This document shows positions 21,130-33,092 of a stretch of 64,000 nucleotides of DNA, piece after piece; the first letter of the stretch is position 1, and each line of letters opens with the position of its first letter. Both the position numbers and the translations under genes were made by a program. The notes below the pieces were generated by a model, which did no database searches, was not told where the DNA came from, and saw nothing but the letters and a program-made list of their open reading frames with translations. Source of the DNA: a bacterium (GTDB taxonomy: Bacteria > Margulisbacteria > Marinamargulisbacteria > GCA-2716485 > JAYNIM01); contig JAYNIM010000008.1 in assembly GCA_038109055.1 (NCBI GenBank), positions 1-64,000 on the forward strand. The letters run 5' to 3'.

Positions 21130-22434
21130 TTAGTTTTGTTGAGACCTTTTACGGCTCAATTTAGGTTTTTCTTTTTCAATCCACGCCAAAATTTGAGAAT
21201 GAGTTATTTCAATACCAACTTCATAGTTATGGATTATATCTGTTACAGAGTATTGTTGACTGAATCTTAAAAAGCAGTTATTGAATTTTTTGAAGTGATC
21301 ACACTTAAGTGTGACATAAAATGTTCTATAATCCCTTCCACGAAGAGGTTGAAAATAATTAATAGCTGCAGAGGTATAAAGCATGTTGTTCCATGTCAAC
21401 CCAATGTTAACGATATCTTTATGAGTATATTTTTCATACTCAACACCAAAGGTGATAAATTTTTCAATGATCATATCCAGACCTAGGACAAGCCCATTTT
21501 GGGTTTCTTGAAGTGAGGAAGCAGGATCAGAAGTAGGGGGGGCATCTAAACTGGAACTTAAAGAATGGGTATAGTAACTGCGATTAAAATAAGAGGGAAT
21601 AAACCCTTTTTTTAAGTGATTCATGGCAATTTTATAACGAATTATTGACCAATAATCACCTTTCAATCCCAGCATGAGCCCGTCTGAACGATCAGTTAAA
21701 TGAACATATTCCATAAAACCCTGTACGAGTTTTCCGTGTAAGTCGAGCTGGACATCAGCGGCATAGGCAGATTGAGCTGGACGTTTTACATGAAGACCAG
21801 AATGTTGGAGATCAACTCCATCATTGTCAGTGAGGAACGAACCTGAAAGTTGAACGTTTAAGGGGCCTAGTTTTCGGTGACTGATGCGTAGGCCTTGAAT
21901 ATTGTGTAAGGTCCACAACACATCCAAACGAAGCTTAGAAAACCAAACATGACCTAGCAGACCCATGTCAGTAATACTATAATCATTAAAAGTGACGCCT
22001 GTATTAAAATGATTCATTAAAAGACCCTGCCCAAAGGTCACATTTGTAAGTTGGCCAGCTAAAAATTCATAATTTCCTGTATCGTTATAGGCCAGATAGC
22101 GCAAATTTAAATAAGATAAATTAAAGCGTGATAGGGCTTGATCGTGAAGAGGCAAGTAAATATTCAGGTCCAAAGTCACCTGCATGGTATCAATAAGAAA
22201 GTGGGGGTGATAGGCAGCTTTAATGTAGCGATAGTTATTAGCAGTAAGGAGACTTAAATCGGCTTTGTTTTTGGGATTAATGACGGTATCTAGAGTATAA
22301 ACAGGTACCGCAAAATAAGGACGTATAAAAAATAGATGAAAAAATAAAAAAAAAGTAAAATAGTGCAGGAATGATATATATCGGAAGATTATTTTCATAG
22401 TAGGATAAACCCATTTAATACAGTCGCTATACAT
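21130..22434 (-). CDS. Hypothetical protein, probable outer-membrane beta-barrel
   Basis: Hydrophobic N-terminal signal, many alternating aromatic beta-strands, motif GQLTNVTFGQGLLMNHF. Confidence 0.55.
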   Translation of the reverse strand: MYSDCIKWVYPTMKIIFRYISFLHYFTFFLFFHLFFIRPYFAVPVYTLDTVINPKNKADLSLLTANNYRYIKAAYHPHFLIDTMQVTLDLNIYLPLHDQALSRFNLSYLNLRYLAYNDTGNYEFLAGQLTNVTFGQGLLMNHFNTGVTFNDYSITDMGLLGHVWFSKLRLDVLWTLHNIQGLRISHRKLGPLNVQLSGSFLTDNDGVDLQHSGLHVKRPAQSAYAADVQLDLHGKLVQGFMEYVHLTDRSDGLMLGLKGDYWSIIRYKIAMNHLKKGFIPSYFNRSYYTHSLSSSLDAPPTSDPASSLQETQNGLVLGLDMIIEKFITFGVEYEKYTHKDIVNIGLTWNNMLYTSAAINYFQPLRGRDYRTFYVTLKCDHFKKFNNCFLRFSQQYSVTDIIHNYEVGIEITHSQILAWIEKEKPKLSRKRSQQN

Positions 22435-22483
22435 AAGAGAGTATGAACGATGCTAGTGATACCTGAACGCATCAAGATCGCGG

Positions 22484-23326
22484 TTAGTATAAACCGTGTA
22501 CCCGTGCACGATCAATGTTTTTTAATTTTGAAATAACGTTTTGCCAAGTTTGTTTTTGATCTGAGCCAATACCCGAAACACAAGCCTGTATGTAGGGTAG
22601 CAGAGGACTCCCAATCGTTTTAGCCAGACAAAGCGCTTGAGTTTCTAAGGCAGGATGTACAAGACTTTTAGCAATAATAGGGTATACATGATCGGCACCT
22701 ATTTGCTCGAAGGCAGCCAGAATAAAAGAGCGGCAGTTCGGTTGTTCATATTTTTTTAATAAAGGTTGAATGGCTTTTTTACTTTTTAATTGACCTAAGT
22801 ACAAAATGGCATGCTGCTCTACCGCAGGTAAATCTAAAACATTAAATAAGATAGCCTCACATTTAAAGGGAGAAATTTTCCAAATAAGGTTCAATAGACG
22901 TTGTTGAACAAAAAAACCATGAGTAGGTAACGAGTCCTTGAGTGCGTCTAAAGCATCTTCTTTACACGTTAAAAGTAAATGATGTGCTACTTTTCTGATC
23001 CCAACTTGAGGATGATCTAAGTGAGTAATCACACAGGGTAGGATACTAGTTGACATGGACTTTAATGCTTTATAGGCTGTTTTTCGTACTTGTGGGTCAG
23101 TATCCAATAGTAATTGAAACAATAGATCAGCACTTTTTTGTAGACATAGCTCACCACAATGTTCAGCCATCACCCAGCGCACCAAGGAATGTGGATGGGT
23201 TAGAGCGTGGATAATATCGGGGTATCTGTCTTTTTGGGTAACAAATTTTAATTCTAACATAGCTTCCCAACATCGCTCCTTGTGTTGAAGTTGGTGGATT
23301 AAATTCTGAAAAGATCGGGCATCCAT
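22484..23326 (-). CDS. HEAT-repeat protein
   Basis: Repeats LTHPHSLVRW, LLDTDPQVRKTA, LDHPQVGIRKVA, LGQLKSKKAIQPL. Confidence 0.8.
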   Translation of the reverse strand: MDARSFQNLIHQLQHKERCWEAMLELKFVTQKDRYPDIIHALTHPHSLVRWVMAEHCGELCLQKSADLLFQLLLDTDPQVRKTAYKALKSMSTSILPCVITHLDHPQVGIRKVAHHLLLTCKEDALDALKDSLPTHGFFVQQRLLNLIWKISPFKCEAILFNVLDLPAVEQHAILYLGQLKSKKAIQPLLKKYEQPNCRSFILAAFEQIGADHVYPIIAKSLVHPALETQALCLAKTIGSPLLPYIQACVSGIGSDQKQTWQNVISKLKNIDRARVHGLY

Positions 23327-23329
23327 AAG

Positions 23330-24688
23330 CTAGGTTTTAAATTGTTGGATAATGTGAGACAAATGAGACAGGAATACGGGTTTTATTTGTATCATTGAGG
23401 GCAGTGTTTTTTTATTTCGTTCCGGAATTAAACAATGAGTAATGCCCAAACGTTGTAATTCTATGAGTCGTTGCTTTAATTGAGGGATAGCACGAATTTC
23501 GCCGCTCAATCCAACCTCCCCAACAGCCGCAACATGTTCTGGAATAACGTGGTTTTTAAGAGAAGATAACAACGCCATACACATGGCTAAGTCTAACGCT
23601 GGTTCACTAATTTTCAGGCCACCAACCACATTAATAAAAATATCCTTATTTCCTAAACGAATACCACAATTTTTTTCTAGGGTAGCGATCATCAAGTTAG
23701 CACGATGAGTATCTACCCCTACAAAATTGCGTTTAGGGGCACCATAGCTAGCGTCTACAGCCAAAGCTTGAACTTCAACCAATAACGAGCGAGAGCCATG
23801 TTCAACAGGCGCAACAACTGTCCCAGGGTGCTTTAAGGTATCTGGGTCAATAAAGTACTGGGAGGAATTAGACAAGGTTGTTAATCCTTTTTGGCCCATT
23901 TCAAAGAGTCCAATTTCATCTGTAGCCGAGTACCGATTTTTATAAGATCGTAAAATGCGATAGCCACGCCGATGTTCACCTTCCAAAAAAAAGATACAAT
24001 CGACCATATGCTCTAAGACTTTAGGGCCAGCCAAGTGACCATCTCTCGTTATATGGCCAATCATAAGCCCAATACTCTGCCTCTTTTTAATGCAAGAGAT
24101 AAAATGATCAGCACAATAGCGAACTTGGGAGACAGTTCCAGGAACAGCATTGAGTTGGCTATGCTGCATGACTTGAATAGAATCAATGACGACTAAATCA
24201 GGATTATGACGGTGAATCTTTGCACATACATGTTCGATATCAGTTTCAATCAATAACAAAATATTGGGGTCTTTCTTGCCCAGACGTTCAGCACGTAGAA
24301 CAATTTGTTGGGCAGATTCTTCACCACTAATATACAGTACTTTTCCACCCTTAGCTGCCACTGCTTGAGCAATATGCATGGTGAGAGTTGATTTTCCAAT
24401 TCCTGGTTCTCCGCCTAGCAACGAAACCGAGGAGGGGACAAACCCACCACCCAAAAGACGATCTAGTTCAGAAATACCAGAAGTTATACGGGGGCTTTCT
24501 TGAGTATCAATATCATCCAAAGGCTGAGCTTCTGAACATTCTTTAGAAGAGTTTTTTTTAGGGAAGGCAGTTTGAGTGAGAGAATTCCATTCCTGACAAT
24601 CATCACACCGGCCCTGCCATTTTCCATAAACACTGCCACAATGTTGGCATACGAATTGTCTATTAGTTTTCTTAAGCTGTGTGGCCAA
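23330..24688 (-). CDS. radA: DNA repair protein RadA/Sms
   Basis: C4 zinc finger, GEPGIGKSTL, IDSIQ, KNRY, Lon-like C-domain GEVGLSGEIR. Confidence 0.97.
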   Translation of the reverse strand: MATQLKKTNRQFVCQHCGSVYGKWQGRCDDCQEWNSLTQTAFPKKNSSKECSEAQPLDDIDTQESPRITSGISELDRLLGGGFVPSSVSLLGGEPGIGKSTLTMHIAQAVAAKGGKVLYISGEESAQQIVLRAERLGKKDPNILLLIETDIEHVCAKIHRHNPDLVVIDSIQVMQHSQLNAVPGTVSQVRYCADHFISCIKKRQSIGLMIGHITRDGHLAGPKVLEHMVDCIFFLEGEHRRGYRILRSYKNRYSATDEIGLFEMGQKGLTTLSNSSQYFIDPDTLKHPGTVVAPVEHGSRSLLVEVQALAVDASYGAPKRNFVGVDTHRANLMIATLEKNCGIRLGNKDIFINVVGGLKISEPALDLAMCMALLSSLKNHVIPEHVAAVGEVGLSGEIRAIPQLKQRLIELQRLGITHCLIPERNKKTLPSMIQIKPVFLSHLSHIIQQFKT

Positions 24689-24694
24689 AGCAAC

Positions 24695-27184
24695 TTAGCC
24701 AGTTGAGGAAAGTTGTTTAGAGTTTTTTGTTTTTGAAATAAGTTTCTTTTTCTCTTTAACAATCTTGAATGCTATGGATTCTTTCCCTTGTTTATTTTTT
24801 TTAACAGAGGCTGTTGCAGACACATTCGACATGAATCCAGCCCCGAGCATATCCTCTGATAGAACATTTTCAAAGTATTCTTGTATCGCACGACGCAAGG
24901 GGCGAGCACCCATTTTAGGATCAAACCCTTTGTCTACCAAAAATGCTTTCACTTTTTCATCATAGGAGATGTTGATATTTTTGACGCTGACACGCTTTTT
25001 TAAATCTTCTAGCATAATACCGATAATTTTAGCCAAGGCGCCTTTGTTTAAGGTATTAAACATCACAACTTCATCAATACGATTTAAAAATTCAGGCTTA
25101 AATTCTTTTTTGAGATCTTCATTAATTTTGTGCCTAATAGACGCATCTTTGTTTTCTTGTGCATGCGCTTCATCTACAAAACCAAAGGCGCTTTCTTGCT
25201 GTAAGTGTTTACTACCAACATTAGACGTCATAATAATGATGCTATTTTTGAAACTAATCTTACGACCATTAGAGTCTGTTAAATGACCATCTTCTAGAAT
25301 TTGCAATAAGATATTGGTGACATCTGGAGACGCCTTTTCCAATTCATCAAACAAAACAACGGAATAGGGCTTTCGTCGAATTTTTTCGGTTAATTGACCG
25401 CCTTCATTAAAACCAACATAACCTGGAGGAGCTCCAATTAATTTTGAGACGGTGTGTTTTTCCATAAATTCAGACATATCAATACGGATCACATTTTCTC
25501 GGTCGCCAAACAAAAAATGAGCTAATTCTTTAGCAAGCTCAGATTTACCGACACCCGACGGGCCAATAAACAGAAACGAACCAGTAGGTCTGTTTGGATC
25601 TTTAAGGCCGACCTTTGAACGCTTGACAGCATTAGCCAAGGTTTTAATGGCAGTGTCTTGCCCAATTAATCTTTTTTTAAGTTCAGAATCCATTTTAGAT
25701 AATTTTTTAACTTCTGTCTGAGTCAGTTTTTGTACGGGAATGCCCGTCCAGTTCGACACAACTTCAGCGATAGTCGAAGCCGTCACTTCTTTTCGTAAGG
25801 CCTCAATTTCTTCTTTAGGGAACTGTTTAGAGTTACGAGTAAGTTGCTTTTGTGTTTCTTTAAGAATTGTTTGCATATCCGTATCATTTTTTTGCTTAGC
25901 AAGGGCCAATTCTTTTTTATTTTCATCCATTTTCTGAACGAGTTGCTTGAGGTCTTTAGAGATTGCGGAAGCCTGCAACATAACCTTTGCTGCAGCTTCA
26001 TCAATGACATCGACAGCTTTATCTGGCAAATGACGCTCCGTAATATAGCGAGAAGACAAAAACACCGCTTCATCAAGTGCAAAATCGCTAATTTTTACTT
26101 TATGAAAATCTTCATATTTTTCACGGATGCCTTTCAAAATCAACAAGGTCTCTTCTTGCGTAGGTTCGTCAACCATCAGTTTTTGAAAGCGGCGCTCGAG
26201 AGCACCATCGCCTTCGATATGTTTGCGATATTCATCCAAAGTAGTGGCACCTACACATTGTAATTCCCCTCTGGCAAGAGCCGGTTTTAACAAATTAGCG
26301 GCATCTAAGCTGCCTTCAGAACCACCGGTGCCAATAATAGTATGTAGTTCATCAATGAATAAAATAATATCACCAGCTTTTCGAGCTTCTTCCATAACTT
26401 TTTTAACACGATCTTCAAACTCACCGCGATACTTAGTTCCGGCAACCATCAGGCCTAAATCCAAGGATACAACACGTTTATGCATGAGTTTTTCAGGAAT
26501 GGTTTGTTTGATGATTTTTTGAGCTAATCCTTCTACAATTGCCGTTTTACCTACACCAGGATCCCCAGTCAATACAGGGTTATTCTTGGTTCTACGAGAT
26601 AAAATCTGGATCATGCGGTCAATTTCTTTACTTCTTCCGATGACAGGATCTAATTTATTATCTCGTGCTAACCAGGTAAGGTCTCGACCAAATAAATCCA
26701 ATGTAGGAGTAGGTGTTTTAGAGACAGGTTTCTGTTGACCAGCGACAGAACCCCCTAATTGATTAAATAAAATATCTTTAAACGACGATACATTGACGCC
26801 AATTTCTGTTAAGACTCTGGCAGCTAAGCTGGTAGGGTCTCTAAAAATAGACAAAAATAAATGCTCTAAATTAACATAATTATGACCCAATTTACGGGCT
26901 TCATCCCAGGCATAGGTCAAGACTTGCTTGGCATGCTGTGTAAAGGGGATGTTTCCATATTCGTTAGAAATCCCTCCATATTCTAATTGTTCTTCAATCG
27001 CAACTTTGATTTGTTCAGACGAAAATCCCAAGTCTTTAAGAATTTTAACTACAACATTATTTTGATCCCCCAAGATACCCAGTAAAATATGCTCTGTTCC
27101 AACATAACTATGCTGAAAACGCTTGGCTTCCTCCTGTGCGATCATAATCGCTTGTATAGCTTTTTCTGTAAATCTTGAAAACAT
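24695..27184 (-). CDS. clpC: ATP-dependent Clp protease ATPase subunit ClpC
   Basis: MFSRFTEKA Clp-N repeats, two AAA modules ([16 protein letters not shown]), [11 protein letters not shown] loop; start at 27184. Confidence 0.97.
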   Translation of the reverse strand: MFSRFTEKAIQAIMIAQEEAKRFQHSYVGTEHILLGILGDQNNVVVKILKDLGFSSEQIKVAIEEQLEYGGISNEYGNIPFTQHAKQVLTYAWDEARKLGHNYVNLEHLFLSIFRDPTSLAARVLTEIGVNVSSFKDILFNQLGGSVAGQQKPVSKTPTPTLDLFGRDLTWLARDNKLDPVIGRSKEIDRMIQILSRRTKNNPVLTGDPGVGKTAIVEGLAQKIIKQTIPEKLMHKRVVSLDLGLMVAGTKYRGEFEDRVKKVMEEARKAGDIILFIDELHTIIGTGGSEGSLDAANLLKPALARGELQCVGATTLDEYRKHIEGDGALERRFQKLMVDEPTQEETLLILKGIREKYEDFHKVKISDFALDEAVFLSSRYITERHLPDKAVDVIDEAAAKVMLQASAISKDLKQLVQKMDENKKELALAKQKNDTDMQTILKETQKQLTRNSKQFPKEEIEALRKEVTASTIAEVVSNWTGIPVQKLTQTEVKKLSKMDSELKKRLIGQDTAIKTLANAVKRSKVGLKDPNRPTGSFLFIGPSGVGKSELAKELAHFLFGDRENVIRIDMSEFMEKHTVSKLIGAPPGYVGFNEGGQLTEKIRRKPYSVVLFDELEKASPDVTNILLQILEDGHLTDSNGRKISFKNSIIIMTSNVGSKHLQQESAFGFVDEAHAQENKDASIRHKINEDLKKEFKPEFLNRIDEVVMFNTLNKGALAKIIGIMLEDLKKRVSVKNINISYDEKVKAFLVDKGFDPKMGARPLRRAIQEYFENVLSEDMLGAGFMSNVSATASVKKNKQGKESIAFKIVKEKKKLISKTKNSKQLSSTG

Positions 27185-27410
27185 AGTTTTATTATATTTC
27201 ATTGCCCTGTGTTGAGCAAGAAACACCTCCATTTAATAGTACCAATAGTGATTGATCTGTTTAAGGATATGCCCACAAATAATAGGACTTAAACATGGAG
27301 AAATAAAATGATAATAGTAGCAAACACGAAGCCCCACGACCATCAAACACGATATACAGGCCTCAACAAATAGTGAGGCCTGTCTGTTATTATTGCTTTC
27401 AGACTGCCTG

Positions 27411-27419
27411 TGCTATACT
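27411..27419 (+). promoter_or_regulatory. Extended -10 promoter (TGCTATACT) of ruvB-hisB-pyrR-like
   Basis: TGnTATACT 26 nt upstream of the ruvB ATG. Confidence 0.55.
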
Positions 27420-27445
27420 TACAGTAAAGAATAAAGTGAAAACAA

Positions 27446-28495
27446 ATGACAGATGAACACAGCGATACGGCCCGATTAGTAGAGGCAGAACTCAACCAAG
27501 AAGACCACAAAGAAAAAGGCCTAAGGCCAAAGACTATTGAGGAGTTTATTGGGCAGCCTATTGTTAAAGAACATTTAACTATTTTTATTCAAGCCGCCAA
27601 ACAACGACAGGAAAGCATCGAGCACCTATTATTTTATGGTCCACCTGGTCTAGGTAAAACGACGTTGGCCAGCATTATCGCTGCTGAGATGCAATCAAAT
27701 TTAAAAACCACGGCTGGCCCTGCGATTGAACGACCTGGTGATTTAGCCTCTATTTTAACCAATTTACAAGAGCATGATATTTTATTCATTGATGAAATTC
27801 ATCGTTTGAATCATCACGTCGAAGAAGTCTTATATTCTGCGATGGAGGATTTTGCTTTAGATATCGTGATTGGGAAAGGACCTGCGGCACGCTCTATACG
27901 CTTAGATTTACCCTCCTTTACGTTAATAGGCGCAACGACAAGAATGGGCTTACTAACCGCGCCACTAAGAGACCGTTTTGGGATTATTGAGCGCTTAAAC
28001 TTTTATGATGCAGAGGACCTTCAAAAAATTATTATCCGTAGTGCGACATTACTAGAGCTAGAAATAGATAGTCAGGCAGCAGCAAACATTGCGACGTGTT
28101 CACGAGGAACACCGCGTATTGCGAATCGTTTGCTCAAACGAGTCAGAGATTGGGCCTTGGTGAAATCAAACGGAAAGATAGGGCCTGAAATTGTTCAAGA
28201 AGCCTTACATGCTTTACATATCGATAGATTAGGTCTGGATGACCTTGATCGTCGCTATTTATCTGCATTAATCAAAAAATTTAAAGGAGGTCCTGTGGGA
28301 CTTGATACCCTAGCAGCTTGTCTTGCTGAAGATGCAAGTTCAATCGAAGACGTCATCGAGCCTTTTTTATTACAATTAGGGTTTATCGAGCGTAGTCCGA
28401 GAGGTCGAAAAGCCTGCAAAGCTGCCTATGAACATATGGACATAGCCTTTGTAAATCAAGAAGCTTTATCAGAGACTAATTTATTTAATCAATGA
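27446..28495 (+). CDS. ruvB: Holliday junction branch migration helicase RuvB
   Basis: [48 protein letters not shown]. Confidence 0.98.
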   Translation: MTDEHSDTARLVEAELNQEDHKEKGLRPKTIEEFIGQPIVKEHLTIFIQAAKQRQESIEHLLFYGPPGLGKTTLASIIAAEMQSNLKTTAGPAIERPGDLASILTNLQEHDILFIDEIHRLNHHVEEVLYSAMEDFALDIVIGKGPAARSIRLDLPSFTLIGATTRMGLLTAPLRDRFGIIERLNFYDAEDLQKIIIRSATLLELEIDSQAAANIATCSRGTPRIANRLLKRVRDWALVKSNGKIGPEIVQEALHALHIDRLGLDDLDRRYLSALIKKFKGGPVGLDTLAACLAEDASSIEDVIEPFLLQLGFIERSPRGRKACKAAYEHMDIAFVNQEALSETNLFNQ

Positions 28496-28529
28496 TTACT
28501 CACAAAAGATAAGTAAAGGAGAGAAAGAT

Positions 28530-29117
28530 ATGAAGCGTGAAGCTAAGATAAAACGTAAAACAAACGAAACAGAAATCGATCTATCATTAGCAATAGATGG
28601 ACAGGGAGAAAGCCATATTGAAACAGGTATTGGATTTTTTGACCATATGTTAACACTGTTTAGTAAACATGGTCTTTTTGATCTAGATCTTCGTGTAAAG
28701 GGAGATTTAGAGATCGATGCACATCACAGCGTTGAAGATACAGGGCTTTGTTTAGGGAAGGCGTTTCATGACGCGTTGGGCGATTGTGCTGGAATTCGTC
28801 GTTTTGCCTCTGTACTAATGCCCATGGATGATGCCTTAACGCAATTAGTCATTGATATTAGTAATCGACCATATTTGGCGTTTGATGTTGAGTTTAATGC
28901 GAGTAAAGTGGGGGATTTTGATGTAGAGTTGATGCAAGAGTTTTTTCAGGCTTTTGTGAATAATGCCCGCATAAATTTGCATATTAAATTACTGGCAGGG
29001 CAGAACCAGCATCATGTTATCGAGTCAGGGTTTAAGGCCTTAGGGCTATGTTTAGATCAAGCAACAGGCATAGACCCAAGAAAAAAAGGAGTGCCCTCAA
29101 CCAAAGGTATTTTATGA
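28530..29117 (+). CDS. hisB: Imidazoleglycerol-phosphate dehydratase
   Basis: RKTNET, TGIGFFDHML, DAHHSVED, NQHHVIE, PSTKG. Confidence 0.97.
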   Translation: MKREAKIKRKTNETEIDLSLAIDGQGESHIETGIGFFDHMLTLFSKHGLFDLDLRVKGDLEIDAHHSVEDTGLCLGKAFHDALGDCAGIRRFASVLMPMDDALTQLVIDISNRPYLAFDVEFNASKVGDFDVELMQEFFQAFVNNARINLHIKLLAGQNQHHVIESGFKALGLCLDQATGIDPRKKGVPSTKGIL

Positions 29118-29656
29118 CGGCAAGCAAGGAGTCTGTAAGAACGATCGATATTAATCAAGGTCTAGGTGAGATACAGGCCAATATTCACAAGAAGCATAGG
29201 AAAAAAGACCTAGTTTTATTGGGGGTTAGCGAACATGGTTACTGCTTAGCAAAGCGTTTAGCATCACGTTTAGCCAATGTGTATGAAGATCCAATTCCAG
29301 TAGGACAATTAGCAACAGCCTTATATGTTCCCTATCAATCCCACAAAGAAGACCATATACGGCTTTCTAGTAGTATCGTTCCCTGCTCGTTAAAAAATAA
29401 AAGGGTCATTTTGATCGATACTGTTTTAACATCGGGGCGGACAGTAGCTGCAGCATTAAATGCCTTAAGTGACTATGACGAAGCACAGTGTATTGAACTA
29501 GCAGTATTGCTAGATACACAACAAACAATCTATCCAATTTCAGCCGATTATATATATCAGACCCTTTCGTTACAAGAAGGACAGTATGTTGACTGCAAGC
29601 TTTACGAACTCGATGGAGAAGAAAAGGTGAGTATAAAGACGACACAGAATGTTTAA
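29114..29656 (+). CDS. PyrR-like phosphoribosyltransferase-fold protein, divergent
   Basis: VILIDTVLTSGRTVAAALNAL, IELAVLLD, PISADYI, ELDGEE follow the PyrR pattern; ATGA overlap with hisB. Confidence 0.75.
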   Translation: MTASKESVRTIDINQGLGEIQANIHKKHRKKDLVLLGVSEHGYCLAKRLASRLANVYEDPIPVGQLATALYVPYQSHKEDHIRLSSSIVPCSLKNKRVILIDTVLTSGRTVAAALNALSDYDEAQCIELAVLLDTQQTIYPISADYIYQTLSLQEGQYVDCKLYELDGEEKVSIKTTQNV

Positions 29657-29799
29657 GATCAAATAAAGAAGGGAACTAAATAACATGCTGGGGGAAAAGT
29701 TTCTTCAAAAATTCAATAAATGCAACTTAGGTTGCAGAACTACATCAAACTTTCAAGCAAAGCTTCAATTAACCTCACCTTTTCCCTCGGCAAGTATCA

Positions 29800-30444
29800 T
29801 TATTTTACCCAACTTTTTGCATCTTTCAGAAAAGTTTCTATACCTTTATCTGTGAGTGGATGGGAAAATAATTGACGTAATACGTTAGGCGGAACAGTAA
29901 CAACATCAGCACCTATTTGAGCCGCATCTAAAATGTGAATAGGATTACGAACACTAGCAACCAAGATCTTTGTGTCAAAGGAATAATTGTCATAAATAGT
30001 ACGAATTTCTTCAATCAAGGACATTCCACGATGACTAATATCATCCAAACGCCCAACAAAAGGGCTAATGTAAGTAGCACCAGCTTTAGCAGCTATTAGA
30101 GCCTGAAGAGCTGAAAAAGTAACCGTAACATTGGTTTTAATACCAGATTTACTCAATTCTTGTACAGCAGCCATACCTTCGGCTGTCATGACAATTTTAA
30201 TGACAATGTTTTTTCCCCATTTTTGGTATATAGCGGCTTCTTTAAGCATACCGTCACAGTCTTCAGATAAGGTTTCTACAGAGACAGGGCCGTCGATAAG
30301 ATCAGAAATTTCACGAATTGTTTTTTCGTGATCTTTACCTGCTTTTTTGATCAATGTTGGGTTGGTTGTGACACCATCAACAAGACCCATTTTGTTCATA
30401 GTCTTTATATCATCAATATTAGCCGTGTCTACAAAAAATTCCAT
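29800..30444 (-). CDS. tal: Transaldolase (small Tal/Fsa family)
   Basis: DTAN, GVTTNPTL, GPVSVE (Glu) and SPFVGRLDD (Phe) indicate transaldolase rather than Fsa. Confidence 0.9.
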   Translation of the reverse strand: MEFFVDTANIDDIKTMNKMGLVDGVTTNPTLIKKAGKDHEKTIREISDLIDGPVSVETLSEDCDGMLKEAAIYQKWGKNIVIKIVMTAEGMAAVQELSKSGIKTNVTVTFSALQALIAAKAGATYISPFVGRLDDISHRGMSLIEEIRTIYDNYSFDTKILVASVRNPIHILDAAQIGADVVTVPPNVLRQLFSHPLTDKGIETFLKDAKSWVK

Positions 30445-30560
30445 CTCTATATTTTAGGAAAAATAGAGCTATTTGTCATCCAAGATTTAGCTATAAAGCA
30501 ACGAATTTTTTTATCACATACACCTTTTGTTGAAAAAAGTGGAACTAGTTAAAGGACGTT

Positions 30561-33083
30561 TTACGAAAGTAGCGGCGGTGTTTGTGAATTAGAAGGAGAT
30601 GTTTGATGGTTTTGTGAATCAATAACCTCTTCTTTAACCACTTGCTCGATGCCAATCACTTCATCACGAGGGTCAAGTTTTACAATAATAACCCCCATAG
30701 ATTCACGACGTTGTGTAGAAATTGTTTTTATTTGCTGTCGACACATGGTTCCAGATTTCGTCATGATCATTATTTCATTCTCTTTACTAACAATAACGGC
30801 ATCTTTTACACAGTCATCTTTGAGTGTTTTCCTGAACTTTACACATTTCACACCAATGCCACCACGATTCTGTACTTTAAATTCGGAGACACGGATGTTT
30901 TTACCATAGCCATATTTGGTGATAATAAGTAAGGTTAGTTTTTCTTCATTTGGGTCAATAATATCCATAGAGACCATTTCGTCTTCAGCTTTGATACGTA
31001 TCCCACGTACTCCACGAGAAACACGACCTAGAGGCCTAGACTGTGCTTCATCAAAGCGAATTACCATACCCGAACTTGTAACCATAATAATATCTTTCGA
31101 GCCATTAGTACGACGAACCCACTTTAAGGTATCTCCAGTATCCAAATTAATGGCCATAATAGGTTTGTTTTTAAAATAAGAATAAGCGCTGATTTCCGTT
31201 TTTTTAATAATCCCTTTTTTAGTCCCCATTAAGAGATAATCTGTAGTATCAAAGTTATTAATAGGCATGGCAGTGGTCAGTTGCTCATCATCTTCTAATT
31301 GGAAAAAATGAGAAATAGACAAGCCTTTACCTTGTCGAGAAGCCTCAGGGATTTGATAGACTTTGAATTTAAATACCCGACCTTTAGTCGTAAAGCATAG
31401 CAAAAAGTCATGGGTATTTGTAACAAGAAATTGATCAATCACATCTTCATCACGGGTGGTCATACCAGAAACGCCACGACCACCTCTGCCTTGACTACGA
31501 AACGCATTGATATTCATGCGCTTAATAAACCCTTTTTTAGAAATAACCACCGCAACCTGTTCATTTGGGATTAAATCTTCCATTTCCATCGTATGCACAG
31601 CCCCAATAATTTCTGTACGACGTTGATCACCAAACTTTTCTTTAATAGCGAGTTGTTCGTCTTTAATAATGCCATAGACTCTAGAAGGCGTTGCCAAAAT
31701 ATCCTCTAAGTCACGAATAGTTTCAAGAAGTTGCTGATATTCTTGTTCAATTTTGTCACGTTCTAGGCCAGTTAAACGCTGTAAACGCATCTCCAATATA
31801 GCGGTCGACTGTTTTTCGCTTAAACCATATTGCGCCATCAACTCGGTACGCGCAACATCGGTATCTTTAGCGGCTTTAATAAGGGCAATAATCGCATCTA
31901 TATTTTCTAATGCGATACGTAAACCTTCCAAAATATGCACACGCGCCTTAGCTTTCTTTAGATCATACTGTGTACGACGAGTAATAACTTCTCTTCGATG
32001 TTCGATATAATGACTTAAACACTCTTTCAATGTGAGAGTTTTAGGAATACCCTTAACCAAGGCCACAACATTAGCACCAAAGTTCAATTGTAATGATGTG
32101 TGTTTGAATAATTGATTTAAGACAACATCTTTATTGGCATCTCGTTTAAGTTCAATATAAATACGCAAGCCCTTACGGTCAGACTCATCACGAAGGTCAG
32201 CGATACCTGTGAGTTTTTTATCATTAACCAGATCAGCAATTTTAACGATCAAATTAGCTTTATTGACTTGATAAGGAATTTCATGAACGATGATAGCGTC
32301 TTTTCCTTTTTTCTTAGAGGCTTCAAAAGAAACTTTAGCTCGCATGGTGATACTACCTTTTCCAGTGAGGTAGGCTTTTTTGATACCTTCTGACCCACAA
32401 ATTATGGCTCCTGTTGGAAAATCAGGACCTTTAACATAAGTTAATAGGTCTTCTGGCGGCAAATCAGGATTATCAATAAGTGCACAAATACCATCCGTTA
32501 ACTCAGATAGGTTATGGGGAGGGATGTTTGTTGCCATACCAACAGCAATGCCCGCTGTACCATTAAGTAATAAATTTGGTAAACGAGTAGGTAGAACCGT
32601 AGGTTCTTGCAACGATTCATCAAAGTTTGGGGCAAAATCAACAGTTTCTTTTTCTAAATCGTCCAATAAAGGCATGCTAATTTTAGACATACGTGCCTCG
32701 GTATAACGCATGGCAGCGGCATTATCCCCATCAATGGAGCCATAGTTGCCCTGTCCATCAACAAGCGGGTAACGCAGCGAAAAATCTTGTGCCATACGAA
32801 CCAATGAATCATAAACAGCCGTATCACCATGCGGGTGATAACGCCCCAAAACATCCCCAACAATACGCGCACACTTTTTATAAGGACGACCAGCCATAAA
32901 GCCTGAATTATGCATCGAAAATAAAATACGTCGATGAACAGGTTTTAATCCATCACGCACATCAGGCAAGGCACGACCGACGATGACAGACATCGCATAC
33001 TCAAGGTAAGAGGTTTTCATTTCATCATAAATATTGATTTTTTCGATATCTTCCTCAAATAGGCTAGTCGCTTCGTCGCTCAT
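30561..33083 (-). CDS. gyrA: DNA gyrase subunit A
   Basis: [29 protein letters not shown], GyrA box QGRGGRG. Confidence 0.98.
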   Translation of the reverse strand: MSDEATSLFEEDIEKINIYDEMKTSYLEYAMSVIVGRALPDVRDGLKPVHRRILFSMHNSGFMAGRPYKKCARIVGDVLGRYHPHGDTAVYDSLVRMAQDFSLRYPLVDGQGNYGSIDGDNAAAMRYTEARMSKISMPLLDDLEKETVDFAPNFDESLQEPTVLPTRLPNLLLNGTAGIAVGMATNIPPHNLSELTDGICALIDNPDLPPEDLLTYVKGPDFPTGAIICGSEGIKKAYLTGKGSITMRAKVSFEASKKKGKDAIIVHEIPYQVNKANLIVKIADLVNDKKLTGIADLRDESDRKGLRIYIELKRDANKDVVLNQLFKHTSLQLNFGANVVALVKGIPKTLTLKECLSHYIEHRREVITRRTQYDLKKAKARVHILEGLRIALENIDAIIALIKAAKDTDVARTELMAQYGLSEKQSTAILEMRLQRLTGLERDKIEQEYQQLLETIRDLEDILATPSRVYGIIKDEQLAIKEKFGDQRRTEIIGAVHTMEMEDLIPNEQVAVVISKKGFIKRMNINAFRSQGRGGRGVSGMTTRDEDVIDQFLVTNTHDFLLCFTTKGRVFKFKVYQIPEASRQGKGLSISHFFQLEDDEQLTTAMPINNFDTTDYLLMGTKKGIIKKTEISAYSYFKNKPIMAINLDTGDTLKWVRRTNGSKDIIMVTSSGMVIRFDEAQSRPLGRVSRGVRGIRIKAEDEMVSMDIIDPNEEKLTLLIITKYGYGKNIRVSEFKVQNRGGIGVKCVKFRKTLKDDCVKDAVIVSKENEIMIMTKSGTMCRQQIKTISTQRRESMGVIIVKLDPRDEVIGIEQVVKEEVIDSQNHQTSPSNSQTPPLLS

Positions 33084-33092
33084 TCGGTCTCC

